DNA from: a bacterium
GTDB taxonomy: Bacteria; DUMJ01
Reading direction: 5' to 3'
Assembly: GCA_014360335.1 (NCBI GenBank)
Contig: JACIXS010000010.1
Span: 1-55,769, forward strand
Length of the DNA stretch: 55,769 nucleotides
Shown here: positions 37,367-47,106 of the stretch, piece after piece
Position numbering within the stretch: the first letter of the stretch is position 1
Layout of the letters: each line of letters starts with the position of its first letter
The notes under the pieces: model-generated
Databases searched by the model: none
Seen by the model: only the letters and a program-made list of their open reading frames with translations
Told to the model about the DNA's origin: nothing
Made by a program: the position numbers and the translations under genes

Positions 37367-37446
37367 GTTTTTTGCCTCCTTCCAAAAATGTTGTATACTA
37401 ATTATATACTAAAGCATACAGAAAGTTCAAAAAGGAGGGGAAACTT

Positions 37447-37962
37447 ATGGATGTCTATGAGGCTATCAGGACAAGAAGAAGTGTAAGAGCCTACCAGAGC
37501 ACCCCTGTTCCCGAAGATGCCCTAAATAGAATCCTAGAATCTGCAAGGCTAGCTCCATCTGCAGGAAATAGACAGGAGTGGAAGTTTATAGTTGTCAAAA
37601 ATCCAGATACTATAAAGAAGATAGCGGAGGCAGCAAATAATCAACAGTTTATATCTCAGGCACCAGTAGTTATAGTGGCAGTTAGCCTTAATCCGGATAG
37701 GGTTATGAGTTGTGAAGTTCCCGCATATGCTGTTGATCTAGCAATAGCGGTTGACCACATTACCCTTTCTGCAACTGCAGAGGGGCTCGGAACCTGTTGG
37801 ATAGGAGCATTCTCTCAGAGTAAAATGAAAGAAATTCTGGGAGTCCCTGACAAATATAAGATTGTAACACTTACACCACTTGGTTATCCTGCAGATTCTC
37901 CAAGACCAAAGATGAGGAAATCTCTTGAAGAGATAGTCTGCTACGAGAAATTTACCGAGTAA
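37447..37962 (+). CDS. Nitroreductase family protein
   Basis: 171 aa. IRTRRSVRAY...APSAGNRQEWKFIVV. Confidence 0.88.
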   Translation: MDVYEAIRTRRSVRAYQSTPVPEDALNRILESARLAPSAGNRQEWKFIVVKNPDTIKKIAEAANNQQFISQAPVVIVAVSLNPDRVMSCEVPAYAVDLAIAVDHITLSATAEGLGTCWIGAFSQSKMKEILGVPDKYKIVTLTPLGYPADSPRPKMRKSLEEIVCYEKFTE

Positions 37963-37966
37963 AAGT

Positions 37967-37985
37967 GGGAGCCTTCACGGCTCCC
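37967..37985. terminator. GC hairpin GGGAGCC-TTCAC-GGCTCCC between convergent genes (weak U-tracts both sides)
   Basis: Perfect 7-bp stem. Followed by TAACTTTCTCTT on plus and preceded by AAAAGT. Confidence 0.5.
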
Positions 37986-37996
37986 TAACTTTCTCT

Positions 37997-39043
37997 TCAC
38001 CCCCACGGCTTTAGTATTACCTTTAGTGCTTCTCCAGTTTCTACTAAATTTAATCCTTTATTAATCTCATCTAGTGGAAGTATATGGGTTATAAGTTTTC
38101 CTACTTGGACCTGTCCGCTGGCTATAAGCTTTAGTGCTATAGCGTTATCCTTTGGAGAAGAGCCGTGACTTCCATGAACAAAGACCTCTTTATAGTGAAT
38201 TCTATTTGTATTTATAGGTATCTCCTTTGTGTTTGGTGGAAGTCCACCAAAGAAGTTTACAGTTCCTAGATTCCTAGCCATATAGATAGCTTGAGCCTGG
38301 GCATCTCCAGAAGGGGCAGCAACTATAACTACATCGGCACCAAGCCCATCTGTCTCTCTAAGAACTATTTCAACAGGATCTTCCCTTTTTGCATCTATCA
38401 AAACATCTATATTGAAGTTTTTAGCTATCTCTAATCTTTTCTCTGATATCTCAGAAACAATAACCTTTGTTGCTCCTTTTGCCCTAGCTAGCATTACATG
38501 CATTAGTCCGATAGGTCCTGCCCCTATTACAACTACCGTGTCTCCAGCTTGTATCTTGGATAGATCTTGCCCATTTACTACACAGGCTAATGGTTCGGTC
38601 AAACAAGCTTCATCAAAAGAGAGATGCTCTGGTAATCTCTGAACTATCTTGGCATTTATAGCGTCCCTTGGGACAGCCATAAATTGAGCAAAACCACCTT
38701 GAAGTTGATAACCAAATGCTATAGCTCTTACACAGTTATTCTGATGTCCTCTCAGACAGTAGAAGCACTTACCACAGGGGACATCTGCACCAAGAACTAC
38801 CCGTTCTCCTTCCTTAAATTCAGTAGTTTCTCTTCCTACTCTATAAACTATACCTGCTACCTCATGTCCAATAATCTGAGGAGGTTTTACATTTACGTGC
38901 CCTCTGTGAAATATCCTTACGTCGGAACCACAGATGGCAACGCTCTCAACTTTTAGTATAAGACCATCTTCGGGTAGTTCCGGATTTGGAAAATCCTCTT
39001 TTACTACCATATTATCTAAAGATTCAAATATTACTGCTTTCAT
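37997..39043 (-). CDS. Zinc-dependent medium-chain dehydrogenase (sorbitol/threonine dehydrogenase-like)
   Basis: 348 aa. CGSDVRIF, GHEVAG, CGKCFYC structural-Zn motif, VIGAGPIG. Confidence 0.85.
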   Translation of the reverse strand: MKAVIFESLDNMVVKEDFPNPELPEDGLILKVESVAICGSDVRIFHRGHVNVKPPQIIGHEVAGIVYRVGRETTEFKEGERVVLGADVPCGKCFYCLRGHQNNCVRAIAFGYQLQGGFAQFMAVPRDAINAKIVQRLPEHLSFDEACLTEPLACVVNGQDLSKIQAGDTVVVIGAGPIGLMHVMLARAKGATKVIVSEISEKRLEIAKNFNIDVLIDAKREDPVEIVLRETDGLGADVVIVAAPSGDAQAQAIYMARNLGTVNFFGGLPPNTKEIPINTNRIHYKEVFVHGSHGSSPKDNAIALKLIASGQVQVGKLITHILPLDEINKGLNLVETGEALKVILKPWG

Positions 39044-39061
39044 TACATCCTCTCCCTTCTA

Positions 39062-39727
39062 TTAAATTTTATCCAATGCATCTTTTAGTTTTTTCAAATT
39101 CTCTTCTATTGTTCCAGTACTCATAAATATTCCTGAAGTCCCCCCTATAAAAATTTCAGCTCCTACTTCTCTTAGCCTTTTACCGGTATCTATACTAATT
39201 GCCCCATCAACTCCAATCCTAACCGAAGGATTTTCTTTGTCTATAAGCTTTTTAAGCCTTTCTACTTTCTTTATAGTTTGCTCTATGAATCCTTGTCCTG
39301 CAAAACCTGGTTCGACGGTCATAACAAGAACCTCGTCTACCTCATGCAATAGAAAGGCAAGTGATTCAGGAGTAGTAATAGGATTTATCGCTACTGAGAC
39401 CATTTTCTCTAGATTTTTTATATTCCTAGCAAGTCTGATAGGAGCTCTAGTAGCCTCTAAATGGAATATGATTATATCTGCAGATAAGAATCTATCTATA
39501 AACCTTTCAGGAACTTCAATCATAAGATGGGCTTCAAATGGAAGTTTAGAGACAGGTCTTAGACTATTTATTATATCGTGTCCTAGTGTGATATTCGGGA
39601 CAAAGTGCCCATCCATAATATCGAAGTGGAATCTATCCGCACCAGCGGATTCTAATCTTCTAAAGTCCTCTTCTAGATTCCTAAAGTTCATACACATTAC
39701 CGAAGGGCTTATCTCTACTTTCCTCAT
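39062..39727 (-). CDS. Ribulose-phosphate 3-epimerase family (Rpe/AlsE-like)
   Basis: ISPSVMC...HFDIMDGHFVPN...MTVEPGFAGQ motifs. Start at ATG 39727 (MRKVEISPS) or ATG 39736. The latter overlaps the predicted -10. Confidence 0.85.
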   Translation of the reverse strand: MRKVEISPSVMCMNFRNLEEDFRRLESAGADRFHFDIMDGHFVPNITLGHDIINSLRPVSKLPFEAHLMIEVPERFIDRFLSADIIIFHLEATRAPIRLARNIKNLEKMVSVAINPITTPESLAFLLHEVDEVLVMTVEPGFAGQGFIEQTIKKVERLKKLIDKENPSVRIGVDGAISIDTGKRLREVGAEIFIGGTSGIFMSTGTIEENLKKLKDALDKI

Positions 39728-39734
39728 ACTCACC

Positions 39735-39762
39735 ATTTTAGATGACTTTGAATAGTTGTCAA
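39735..39762 (-). promoter_or_regulatory. Promoter TTGACA-N16-TAAAAT abutting the epimerase start (candidate leaderless mRNA)
   Basis: Reverse strand: TTGACA (39762-39757), 16 nt, TAAAAT (39740-39735), then GGTGAGT, then ATG 39727. Confidence 0.55.
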
Positions 39763-39850
39763 GGCAATGATATACTATAGATTAGTGCAATTAGAATTGT
39801 TTTGTGTTAAAATTAACTTGTAGAACTTTATTAAAGGGGGCTGAGAATTA

Positions 39851-41014
39851 ATGATTAAGGGAAAAGAGGGTATAGCCCTTATATTGGCAATAGTTTTTAT
39901 GTTGGCAATAACTATACTTTTAACGGCAGTTCTACTCTTATCTACTCAAGAGATAAATGCTACTCAGCTTTATTTAGATAGTAATAAGGCTTTCTACTAC
40001 GCAGAGGCTGGGGTAGAGTATGCCCAGGCAAGGATACTAAAGGCTGATCAGGAAGGAAACTTGGATGATAACTTTCTAAGTGAATTAAGTAGTATTAATA
40101 CAGATAGTTATCTAAAATCTAGCTTTAACGATGTCAACATTAAAAGTGTCAACCTTACTGTGGTTCGTGGAGATTCTGCTCATAAATACAGAATGAGTTG
40201 TGAAGTTAAATATAATAAGGCTACAAGAAAAATTACTAAAGAGATAAGGATATTGTATCCTGGTTTATGGGATAAGGCAATGGCAAGCAATGGAGATATT
40301 AAGCTTGATGTAAATAATGCTCAAGGAGGAATTTTAGTAATTAATGGAAACATACACTCTAATAGTAATATTACTAGCAAAGATCCTATAACTATTAATG
40401 GGAATGTCTCTGCTACTGGAACTATAGATAATCAGATTAGTGTTAGTGATGGAAAGAGTAAGACCCCTAATGTACCATCCCTTTCTTTCCCAGATATAAA
40501 TTTTGACGAATATAGAGCAAAATCAACTTATATTTATAACAATGAGACCGACTTTGTCAATGCCCTTAGGAGTGGGCTAATTCAGACTAGCCCTAATGAA
40601 GTTATCTACGTTTTTATAGATGGGGATTTTCACTTAAGAAACATAGAAGGATTGAATGTTTCTGGCCTTTGTATAACTGTAAACGGAGATATACATGTAA
40701 ATAATACTACTAACATGAAGATAGACGGTGGTTCTAAAATGGTTACTTTTATATCAAAGAATCTAAAATATAACAATGATGCTAAGATTACTTTTGAAAA
40801 CTGTATAATTTATACAGAGTACAATACAGATTTCACAAATATGAAAGCTGATGTTACTATACAGAATGGTGCAGTATATGCTAAAAATGGATATATAGGA
40901 TTGGAGAATATAAAAAAGACATTTACAATAACTCATGGAAACTGGGGTTATCCTCAAGTTTCTCATCTATTTGATCAATACCAAGTTGAACTTTGGTCGG
41001 ATGCTAGCATATAA
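39851..41014 (+). CDS. PilX-N-like membrane-anchored protein with beta-helix-like repeat C-terminal region
   Basis: 387 aa. N-terminus GIALILAIVFMLAITILLTAVLLLSTQEINATQLYLDSNKAFYYAEAGVEYA resembles the minor-pilin PilX N-domain. C-terminus rich in N/I/T repeats (INGNIHSNSNITS, INGNVSATGTI, VNGDIHVNNTTN). Very AT-rich: hand counts give 22-27% G+C in two 60-nt samples. Confidence 0.55.
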   Translation: MIKGKEGIALILAIVFMLAITILLTAVLLLSTQEINATQLYLDSNKAFYYAEAGVEYAQARILKADQEGNLDDNFLSELSSINTDSYLKSSFNDVNIKSVNLTVVRGDSAHKYRMSCEVKYNKATRKITKEIRILYPGLWDKAMASNGDIKLDVNNAQGGILVINGNIHSNSNITSKDPITINGNVSATGTIDNQISVSDGKSKTPNVPSLSFPDINFDEYRAKSTYIYNNETDFVNALRSGLIQTSPNEVIYVFIDGDFHLRNIEGLNVSGLCITVNGDIHVNNTTNMKIDGGSKMVTFISKNLKYNNDAKITFENCIIYTEYNTDFTNMKADVTIQNGAVYAKNGYIGLENIKKTFTITHGNWGYPQVSHLFDQYQVELWSDASI

Positions 41015-41041
41015 CTCTATCATATTTTGGAGGGATGATAT

Positions 41042-43582
41042 TTGGAGGAGTTGCTCAAAGATTTAGACCTGTCTGTAGGTTTGAGTAGTGAGGAGGCAAA
41101 CAAAAGATTAAAGATTTATGGCTATAATGAATTACCCGAGCCACCTAAGCCTACACTTCTAGCTCAGTTCTTAGACCAATTTAAAAGTATGCTTGTTTTG
41201 ATTCTTATTGTTGCTGCTATTATCTCAGCATTCTTTGGCGAACTGATAGATACACTAGTTATAATTGGTATAACCATCTTAAATGCCACCTTGGGAGTAG
41301 TTCAACAGCGCAGAGCTGAATCTGCGTTAGAGGCGGTCAAAAAACTTGCTAACCCTACAAGTAAAGTCTTAAGAGATGGAAAGGTTCAAACTATTCCTTC
41401 TAGAGAGGTAGTTCCTGGAGATATCCTTATTTTAGAGGCTGGCGATAAGGTAAGTTGTGATGGGGTATTAGTTGAGGTTTATAGTTTTATGGTTGATGAG
41501 TCTACACTTACAGGGGAATCTATCTCTGTTGCCAAGACCTCTATAGCTAGTGGTGAATCTCCTAGTGAAGAAAGTATGGTCTTTATGGGAACCGCAGTTA
41601 CAAAGGGAAGGGCTAAGGCTTTGGTAACAAGTACTGGCGTTAATACAAAGCTGGGTCAGATAGCATCTAAGATTAAAGAAGTTAAGAAGGATAAGACTCC
41701 TCTAGAAGTTCAGCTAGATGTATTAGGGAAAATTCTTGGTTTAACTTTTGTTGTTGTCTGTGCAGTGATACTTATTATGGGTATTATAAGAGGAATACCC
41801 TTCCAGGAGATGTTCCTTACCAGTATCAGCTTAGCGGTTGCTGCTATCCCAGAGGGTTTACCTGCAGTAGTAACTATAGTCCTAGCTCTAGGTGTAGCAG
41901 AGATGGCTAGAAGGAAGGCAGTAGTAAGGAACTTGCCAGCAGTAGAGACTTTAGGTTCTGTAACCGTTATATGCACAGATAAGACTGGAACACTTACTCA
42001 GAATCGTATGACACTTGTTGAGATATACACAGATGCAGTTCATCTTTCAGAGGAAAATCTCGATACATCTAGTGTCCCTTATGAAATCCAAAGGGCAATG
42101 GTTTTGTGTAATGACGCGACTAGAGATTCCGGTGATCCTACAGAGATTGCCCTTATATCTTGGCTACCAGACAAGATGATAAACGATTTAAGGTCTGCAT
42201 ATCCTAGAGTATATGAAGTTCCTTTTACATCCGAGAGAAAGAGGATGAGCACTGTTCATAAATTTAATAATGAGTATCTCATAGTTAGTAAAGGTGCAGT
42301 AGAAATGATACTTGACATATGTAATTACGAGTTAGTGAAAGAGAATAGAATTGTTCCTCTGATGGATACGAGAAAATCTGCCATTCTCTCTGTTGCAGAG
42401 GGTTTGGCATCTCAAGGCTTAAGGATATTGGCTATTGCAGAAGGGAAAAGTAAGAAAGTCCCTCGAACCGATGAGGAGGTAGAAAGTGGTCTAACATTTC
42501 TAGGACTTCTCTGTCTTAAGGACCCTCTTAGGCCTGAGGTAAAAGAAGCGGTAGAGAACTGTAGAAAAGCAGGTATAAGGCCAGTAATGATTACTGGAGA
42601 CCATCAGGTTACCGCATATTCAATAGCTAAAGAATTGGATTTTCCTGAGGGAAGAGTCCTTACAAGTAATGACCTTGCCAAATTCTCAGATGAAGAGTTG
42701 GCAGAACATATAGAAGAGGTAAGTGTATTTGCCCGTATAAATCCATTAGATAAATTGAGAATAGTTGAGGCTTTTCAGAAGAAGCAGGAAGTAGTGGCAA
42801 TGACTGGTGATGGTGTAAACGATGCACCTGCATTAAAAAAATCAGATATAGGCGTAGCAATGGGGCAGACAGGGACAGAGGTTGCTAAAGAGGCTAGCGA
42901 TATGGTTCTTCTTGATGATAACTTTGCAACACTAGTCTCTGCTGTATTTCAGGGAAGAACTATATATGAGAATATAAGAAAGTTTGTAGTGTATCTACTC
43001 TCCTGTAATATAGGAGAGGTACTTATTATGTTTACTGCTATCATCTTAGGTTATCCAGCCCCTTTGTTGCCTCTTCAACTCTTATGGTTGAACTTAGTTA
43101 CCGATAGCTTTCCTGCACTTGCTCTAGGTATGGAACCAGGGGAAGAGGAGATAATGTTCAGACCTCCTAGAGGCAAGAAGGAGCCTTTACTTACAAGTTA
43201 TCATATGGGAATAATAATAACTCAGAGTATAGCGATAGCATTTGCCACACTTTTAAGTTTTATTTTAGTATATAATGGTAGTAATCTAAATGAGGCTAGG
43301 ACCGTTGCCTATATGACGCTTGTTATCTCAGAGCTTATTAGGGTATTCTCTGCCCGATCTTTTGAGACTCCAGTTTATAGGATAAATCTATTCACCAATA
43401 AATTCCTATTCTATTCTATTCTTGGAGCATTAGGGTTACTTTTCGTTTCAGTATACCTCTCTCCCCTTGCCAAGATATTTAACAATGTAATCCCTACTAT
43501 TAGAGATTTGGATATAATTATTCTCTGTGCATTTATACCGTTTATCATCTCAGAAATAGCAAAGTTTATTAGGAGACCATAA
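41042..43582 (+). CDS. P-type ATPase, type IIA Ca2+-transporting-like
   Basis: 846 aa. TGES, PEGLP, DKTGTLT, TGDGVNDAPALKK. TTG start with SD GGAGGGA. Confidence 0.9.
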   Translation: MEELLKDLDLSVGLSSEEANKRLKIYGYNELPEPPKPTLLAQFLDQFKSMLVLILIVAAIISAFFGELIDTLVIIGITILNATLGVVQQRRAESALEAVKKLANPTSKVLRDGKVQTIPSREVVPGDILILEAGDKVSCDGVLVEVYSFMVDESTLTGESISVAKTSIASGESPSEESMVFMGTAVTKGRAKALVTSTGVNTKLGQIASKIKEVKKDKTPLEVQLDVLGKILGLTFVVVCAVILIMGIIRGIPFQEMFLTSISLAVAAIPEGLPAVVTIVLALGVAEMARRKAVVRNLPAVETLGSVTVICTDKTGTLTQNRMTLVEIYTDAVHLSEENLDTSSVPYEIQRAMVLCNDATRDSGDPTEIALISWLPDKMINDLRSAYPRVYEVPFTSERKRMSTVHKFNNEYLIVSKGAVEMILDICNYELVKENRIVPLMDTRKSAILSVAEGLASQGLRILAIAEGKSKKVPRTDEEVESGLTFLGLLCLKDPLRPEVKEAVENCRKAGIRPVMITGDHQVTAYSIAKELDFPEGRVLTSNDLAKFSDEELAEHIEEVSVFARINPLDKLRIVEAFQKKQEVVAMTGDGVNDAPALKKSDIGVAMGQTGTEVAKEASDMVLLDDNFATLVSAVFQGRTIYENIRKFVVYLLSCNIGEVLIMFTAIILGYPAPLLPLQLLWLNLVTDSFPALALGMEPGEEEIMFRPPRGKKEPLLTSYHMGIIITQSIAIAFATLLSFILVYNGSNLNEARTVAYMTLVISELIRVFSARSFETPVYRINLFTNKFLFYSILGALGLLFVSVYLSPLAKIFNNVIPTIRDLDIIILCAFIPFIISEIAKFIRRP

Positions 43583-43585
43583 CTT

Positions 43586-44539
43586 ATGCAGAGTTTTTCC
43601 ACTAGAGAAATAGCTGAAGCTGGACTTATGACCGCCATTATGGTCATACTTGCACTAGGTGCGTCTTATATACCTCTTATAGGGACATTGATAAGCTTCT
43701 TGTTCCCTGTCCCTTTAGTAATACTGTCACTTCATCATTCCTTAAAAACAGGGATAATGGCTCTTATAGTCTCGGGGATTATACTTATCCTTTTTACAGA
43801 ACCTCTTTATGGGATAGGATTTTCTGCCAGCTTTGGATCTATTGGACTTGTTTTTGGCTATATGTTAAAGAATGGTAAAGGGGCAAATAGCACTGTGCTT
43901 TGGGGGGCATTGGCATTCTTATGTGGTGTAGTACTTGTTGCATTCCTCTCTTTCATAATTATGGGTATAAATACCTTTGAACTCTACTTTAAGATGTATG
44001 AGGAAACCTTTCCGACAGTTATAGGTATATATAAAAAACTTGGTCTACCTACCGACCAACTAGATGCGATGAGTAAAAATTGGCAGGAGATTATGAAGTT
44101 TATAAAGCAGGCCCTACCGAGTATGCTTCTAGTTGGAGGAGTTATAATCTCTGCTATTAACTATTGGATTGCCCATCATATTCTAAAGAGGATCAAGATA
44201 GAGATACCTCCAATCTCTTTTTCTAACCTAAGACTTCCTCCGATAACGATATTTTGTTTTCTTCTTGCATTTATCCTTACCGCTATTGGAATCAAAGACC
44301 CCAAGAGCCTAATATATAATATTGGCATAAATCTTCAGGTCATCTTTAGTGTCCTTTTCCTTTTAAATGGACTTTTGGTTGTAAATTTTTGGTTTTCTAA
44401 ATGGGGCTTAACTAAGGCAATTAAGATAGTAATCTTTATCTTTATCATCTTTCAGCCTATCTTTTCTCAAATAGTAACCTGGATAGGGATGCTTGACACT
44501 ATCTTCAAATTCAGAAAGACAGAAGAAAATACCTTATAA
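43586..44539 (+). CDS. YybS/DUF2232-like polytopic membrane protein
   Basis: 317 aa, multiple TM segments. Family assigned from N-terminal pattern only. Confidence 0.5.
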   Translation: MQSFSTREIAEAGLMTAIMVILALGASYIPLIGTLISFLFPVPLVILSLHHSLKTGIMALIVSGIILILFTEPLYGIGFSASFGSIGLVFGYMLKNGKGANSTVLWGALAFLCGVVLVAFLSFIIMGINTFELYFKMYEETFPTVIGIYKKLGLPTDQLDAMSKNWQEIMKFIKQALPSMLLVGGVIISAINYWIAHHILKRIKIEIPPISFSNLRLPPITIFCFLLAFILTAIGIKDPKSLIYNIGINLQVIFSVLFLLNGLLVVNFWFSKWGLTKAIKIVIFIFIIFQPIFSQIVTWIGMLDTIFKFRKTEENTL

Positions 44540-44557
44540 AGAAAAGGAGCGTATTCT

Positions 44558-45505
44558 ATGAAGTACAGCTCACTAAAAGATAAAAAGATTACTGTTGTTT
44601 GTGGCTGGATATCGAGAGAAAGAGAAGTATCTCTAAGGTCTGGGAAAAAGATATATGAGGCTTTATTAAGGAAGGGGTACAATGCTATCTTGGTTGACCC
44701 TAAAGAAGATGGTTGGGAACCAGTATTAAAAGGAGATGTAGTCTTTATCGCTCTACATGGAAAACCCGGAGAGGATGGAACTGTTCAGGGTTTTCTAGAG
44801 ACCTTTAACATACCATATACAGGTTCTGGGGTTTTGGCTTCGTCCCTTGCTATGGATAAGGTTGCAAGTAAAAAGATATTTATCGCTTCGAGGATTCCTA
44901 CTCCGAGGTATTTAAGTCTGGAAGATTTTAGAAGTATAGAAGAGTTTATTCTAAAATCTCTTGAACAGATAGGATTGCCTCTAGTAGTGAAACCTGTCTC
45001 TGAAGGTTCTAGTATAGGTGTAAGTATAGTAAAAGATGAGAAGGATTTAGATGGTGTAGTGAGAGATACTATAGATAAGTTTGACAACATCTTTATAGAG
45101 GAGTATATAGAGGGAAGGGAGATAACAGTAGGTGTTCTAGATATAGATGGAAAACTTACCGCTCTACCAATTTTAGAACTTGTTCCTAAAAATGAATTCT
45201 ATGATTATACTGCTAAGTATACGGCAGGAATGACTGAGTTTGTGATTCCTGCAAGGATGAATGAAGAGAAGTATAAACTAGCTCAAGAGATTGCTTTAAG
45301 AGCTCATAAAGTCTTAGGTTGTGTTGGCTTTTCTAGGGTAGACCTTGTTACAGATAGAGATGATAATCCGTATGTCCTTGAGGTAAATACAATTCCTGGT
45401 ATGACAGACTTAAGTGACCTGCCTGCAATGGCTAAAGCCTATGGGATAGAGTATGAAGACTTAGTAGAGATTATGTTATACTCTGCATTAAAGGATAAAA
45501 AGTAA
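44558..45505 (+). CDS. ddl: D-alanine--D-alanine ligase
   Basis: 315 aa. REVSLRSG, FIALHGKPGEDGTVQG, ATP-grasp core, EVNTIPGMT. Confidence 0.93.
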   Translation: MKYSSLKDKKITVVCGWISREREVSLRSGKKIYEALLRKGYNAILVDPKEDGWEPVLKGDVVFIALHGKPGEDGTVQGFLETFNIPYTGSGVLASSLAMDKVASKKIFIASRIPTPRYLSLEDFRSIEEFILKSLEQIGLPLVVKPVSEGSSIGVSIVKDEKDLDGVVRDTIDKFDNIFIEEYIEGREITVGVLDIDGKLTALPILELVPKNEFYDYTAKYTAGMTEFVIPARMNEEKYKLAQEIALRAHKVLGCVGFSRVDLVTDRDDNPYVLEVNTIPGMTDLSDLPAMAKAYGIEYEDLVEIMLYSALKDKK

Positions 45506-45517
45506 GAGGTGATGGGT

Positions 45518-46198
45518 ATGAAGCGTTCTGAGATAAATAGAATCTTAAAAGAGTCTATCTCTTTTATAGAGAGAATGAACTTTCATCTTCCTCCATTTGC
45601 TTATTGGACACCTGAAGACTGGGAAGACAAGGGGGAAGAGTATGATGAGATAAGGGATAATATGTTAGGTTGGGATATAACTGATTTTGGTAAGGGAGAT
45701 TTCTATAGAGAAGGCTTAGTCCTTTTTACTATAAGAAATGGAAATCTGAATATAAAGAAATACATAAAGCCATACGCAGAGAAGATTCTTATAGTTAGAG
45801 AAGAGCAGATAACGCCTTTTCACTTCCACTGGAGCAAGATGGAAGACATTATAAATCGTGGTGGAGGAAACGTATTGATACAGCTCTATAATTCAACCGA
45901 GGATGGTAATCTTGCAGATACACCTGTTCATGTCTCAATGGATGGGAGGAACTATACCGCCCCTGCAGGAACGATTGTAAGGTTAACCCCTGGAGAAAGC
46001 ATTACACTATTCCCTAAAGTCTATCATAAATTCTGGGGAGAGAGAGGAACCGGTTTTACCCTCTTAGGAGAGGTATCTTCTGTAAACGATGATAATACCG
46101 ATAATAGATTCTTAGAACCAATTGGCAGATTCCCAACAATAGAAGAAGACGAACCACCATTTAGACTATTAGTTATAGACTACAAGAAGGGAGTTTAA
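45518..46198 (+). CDS. D-lyxose/D-mannose ketol-isomerase (cupin)
   Basis: MKRSEINRILKE...PPFAYWTPEDW...FHFHWSKMEDIINRGGG, typical of the D-lyxose isomerase family. ATG 45518 follows SD AGAGGTGA. Confidence 0.8.
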   Translation: MKRSEINRILKESISFIERMNFHLPPFAYWTPEDWEDKGEEYDEIRDNMLGWDITDFGKGDFYREGLVLFTIRNGNLNIKKYIKPYAEKILIVREEQITPFHFHWSKMEDIINRGGGNVLIQLYNSTEDGNLADTPVHVSMDGRNYTAPAGTIVRLTPGESITLFPKVYHKFWGERGTGFTLLGEVSSVNDDNTDNRFLEPIGRFPTIEEDEPPFRLLVIDYKKGV

Positions 46199-46200
46199 AT

Positions 46201-47106
46201 ATGAAAGAATTAAACGAAATAATGTATAAGGCATGGAAACTTGGGATACTTATCCCTGCGTTTAATTCCGCTTACCTTCCTATGGTAAAGACTATAGTTG
46301 ATACTCTAAAAGAAGAGAGAACATTCGGTCTTGTTGAAGCATCCCGTCCTGATGTGGAAAAGTTTGGAGCTAGAAGTTTTGCCAGTGTAGCAGAGGAGTT
46401 CTATAAATATGCGGACCTTTACTATACAAGGCTTCACCTTGACCATGTCCCTGTCATAGATGAGGACGGAAACCTAGTCGATTGGGAGAAACTTATAAAA
46501 GAAGGTTTAGAGTTGGGATATCACTCTGTTATGATTGATGGTTCTAGGCTACCATTAGAGGAGAATATATCCTGTACGAAAAGGGTTGTGGAGATAGCTC
46601 ATTCTAGAGGTATTCCAGTAGAGGCTGAGCTTGGAGCAGTCTTTGGGCATGAAAAGGGCCCATTACCTCCATATGAGGAGCTCTTTAACTCCAAAAAGGG
46701 ATTTACATCTATAGAATCCGCAGAAGTCTTTGTGAAAGAAACCAATGTCGACTGGCTTTCTGTAGCTATTGGAAATATCCATGGGGCGATATCTGGTGTA
46801 GCAAAGGACCAAAAGAAAATCTCAGCGAAGCTTGATATAGAGCATCTAAGGAGATTAAAAGAAGTCACTCAGAGACCTTTGGTTCTTCATGGAGGCTCTG
46901 GTATAAGGATAGAATACCTTAAGTCTGCTATAGAGAATGGGATAACAAAGATTAATATAGGCACAGAGATAAGGCAGGCTTACGAGAATGGATTAAGAGA
47001 GAGTAATAATGATATATCTTTTGCCTGCGCTAAGGTGGCAGACAAGATAAGAGAACTTATAGCATTATACGGGATAAGGGGGAGTGTAGATAGGCTATAC
47101 TCTTAA
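46201..47106 (+). CDS. Class II ketose-bisphosphate aldolase family (FBA/tagatose-bisP aldolase-like)
   Basis: 301 aa. IPAFN, LHLDH, VMIDGS, EAELG, HGGSG motifs. Confidence 0.8.
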   Translation: MKELNEIMYKAWKLGILIPAFNSAYLPMVKTIVDTLKEERTFGLVEASRPDVEKFGARSFASVAEEFYKYADLYYTRLHLDHVPVIDEDGNLVDWEKLIKEGLELGYHSVMIDGSRLPLEENISCTKRVVEIAHSRGIPVEAELGAVFGHEKGPLPPYEELFNSKKGFTSIESAEVFVKETNVDWLSVAIGNIHGAISGVAKDQKKISAKLDIEHLRRLKEVTQRPLVLHGGSGIRIEYLKSAIENGITKINIGTEIRQAYENGLRESNNDISFACAKVADKIRELIALYGIRGSVDRLYS

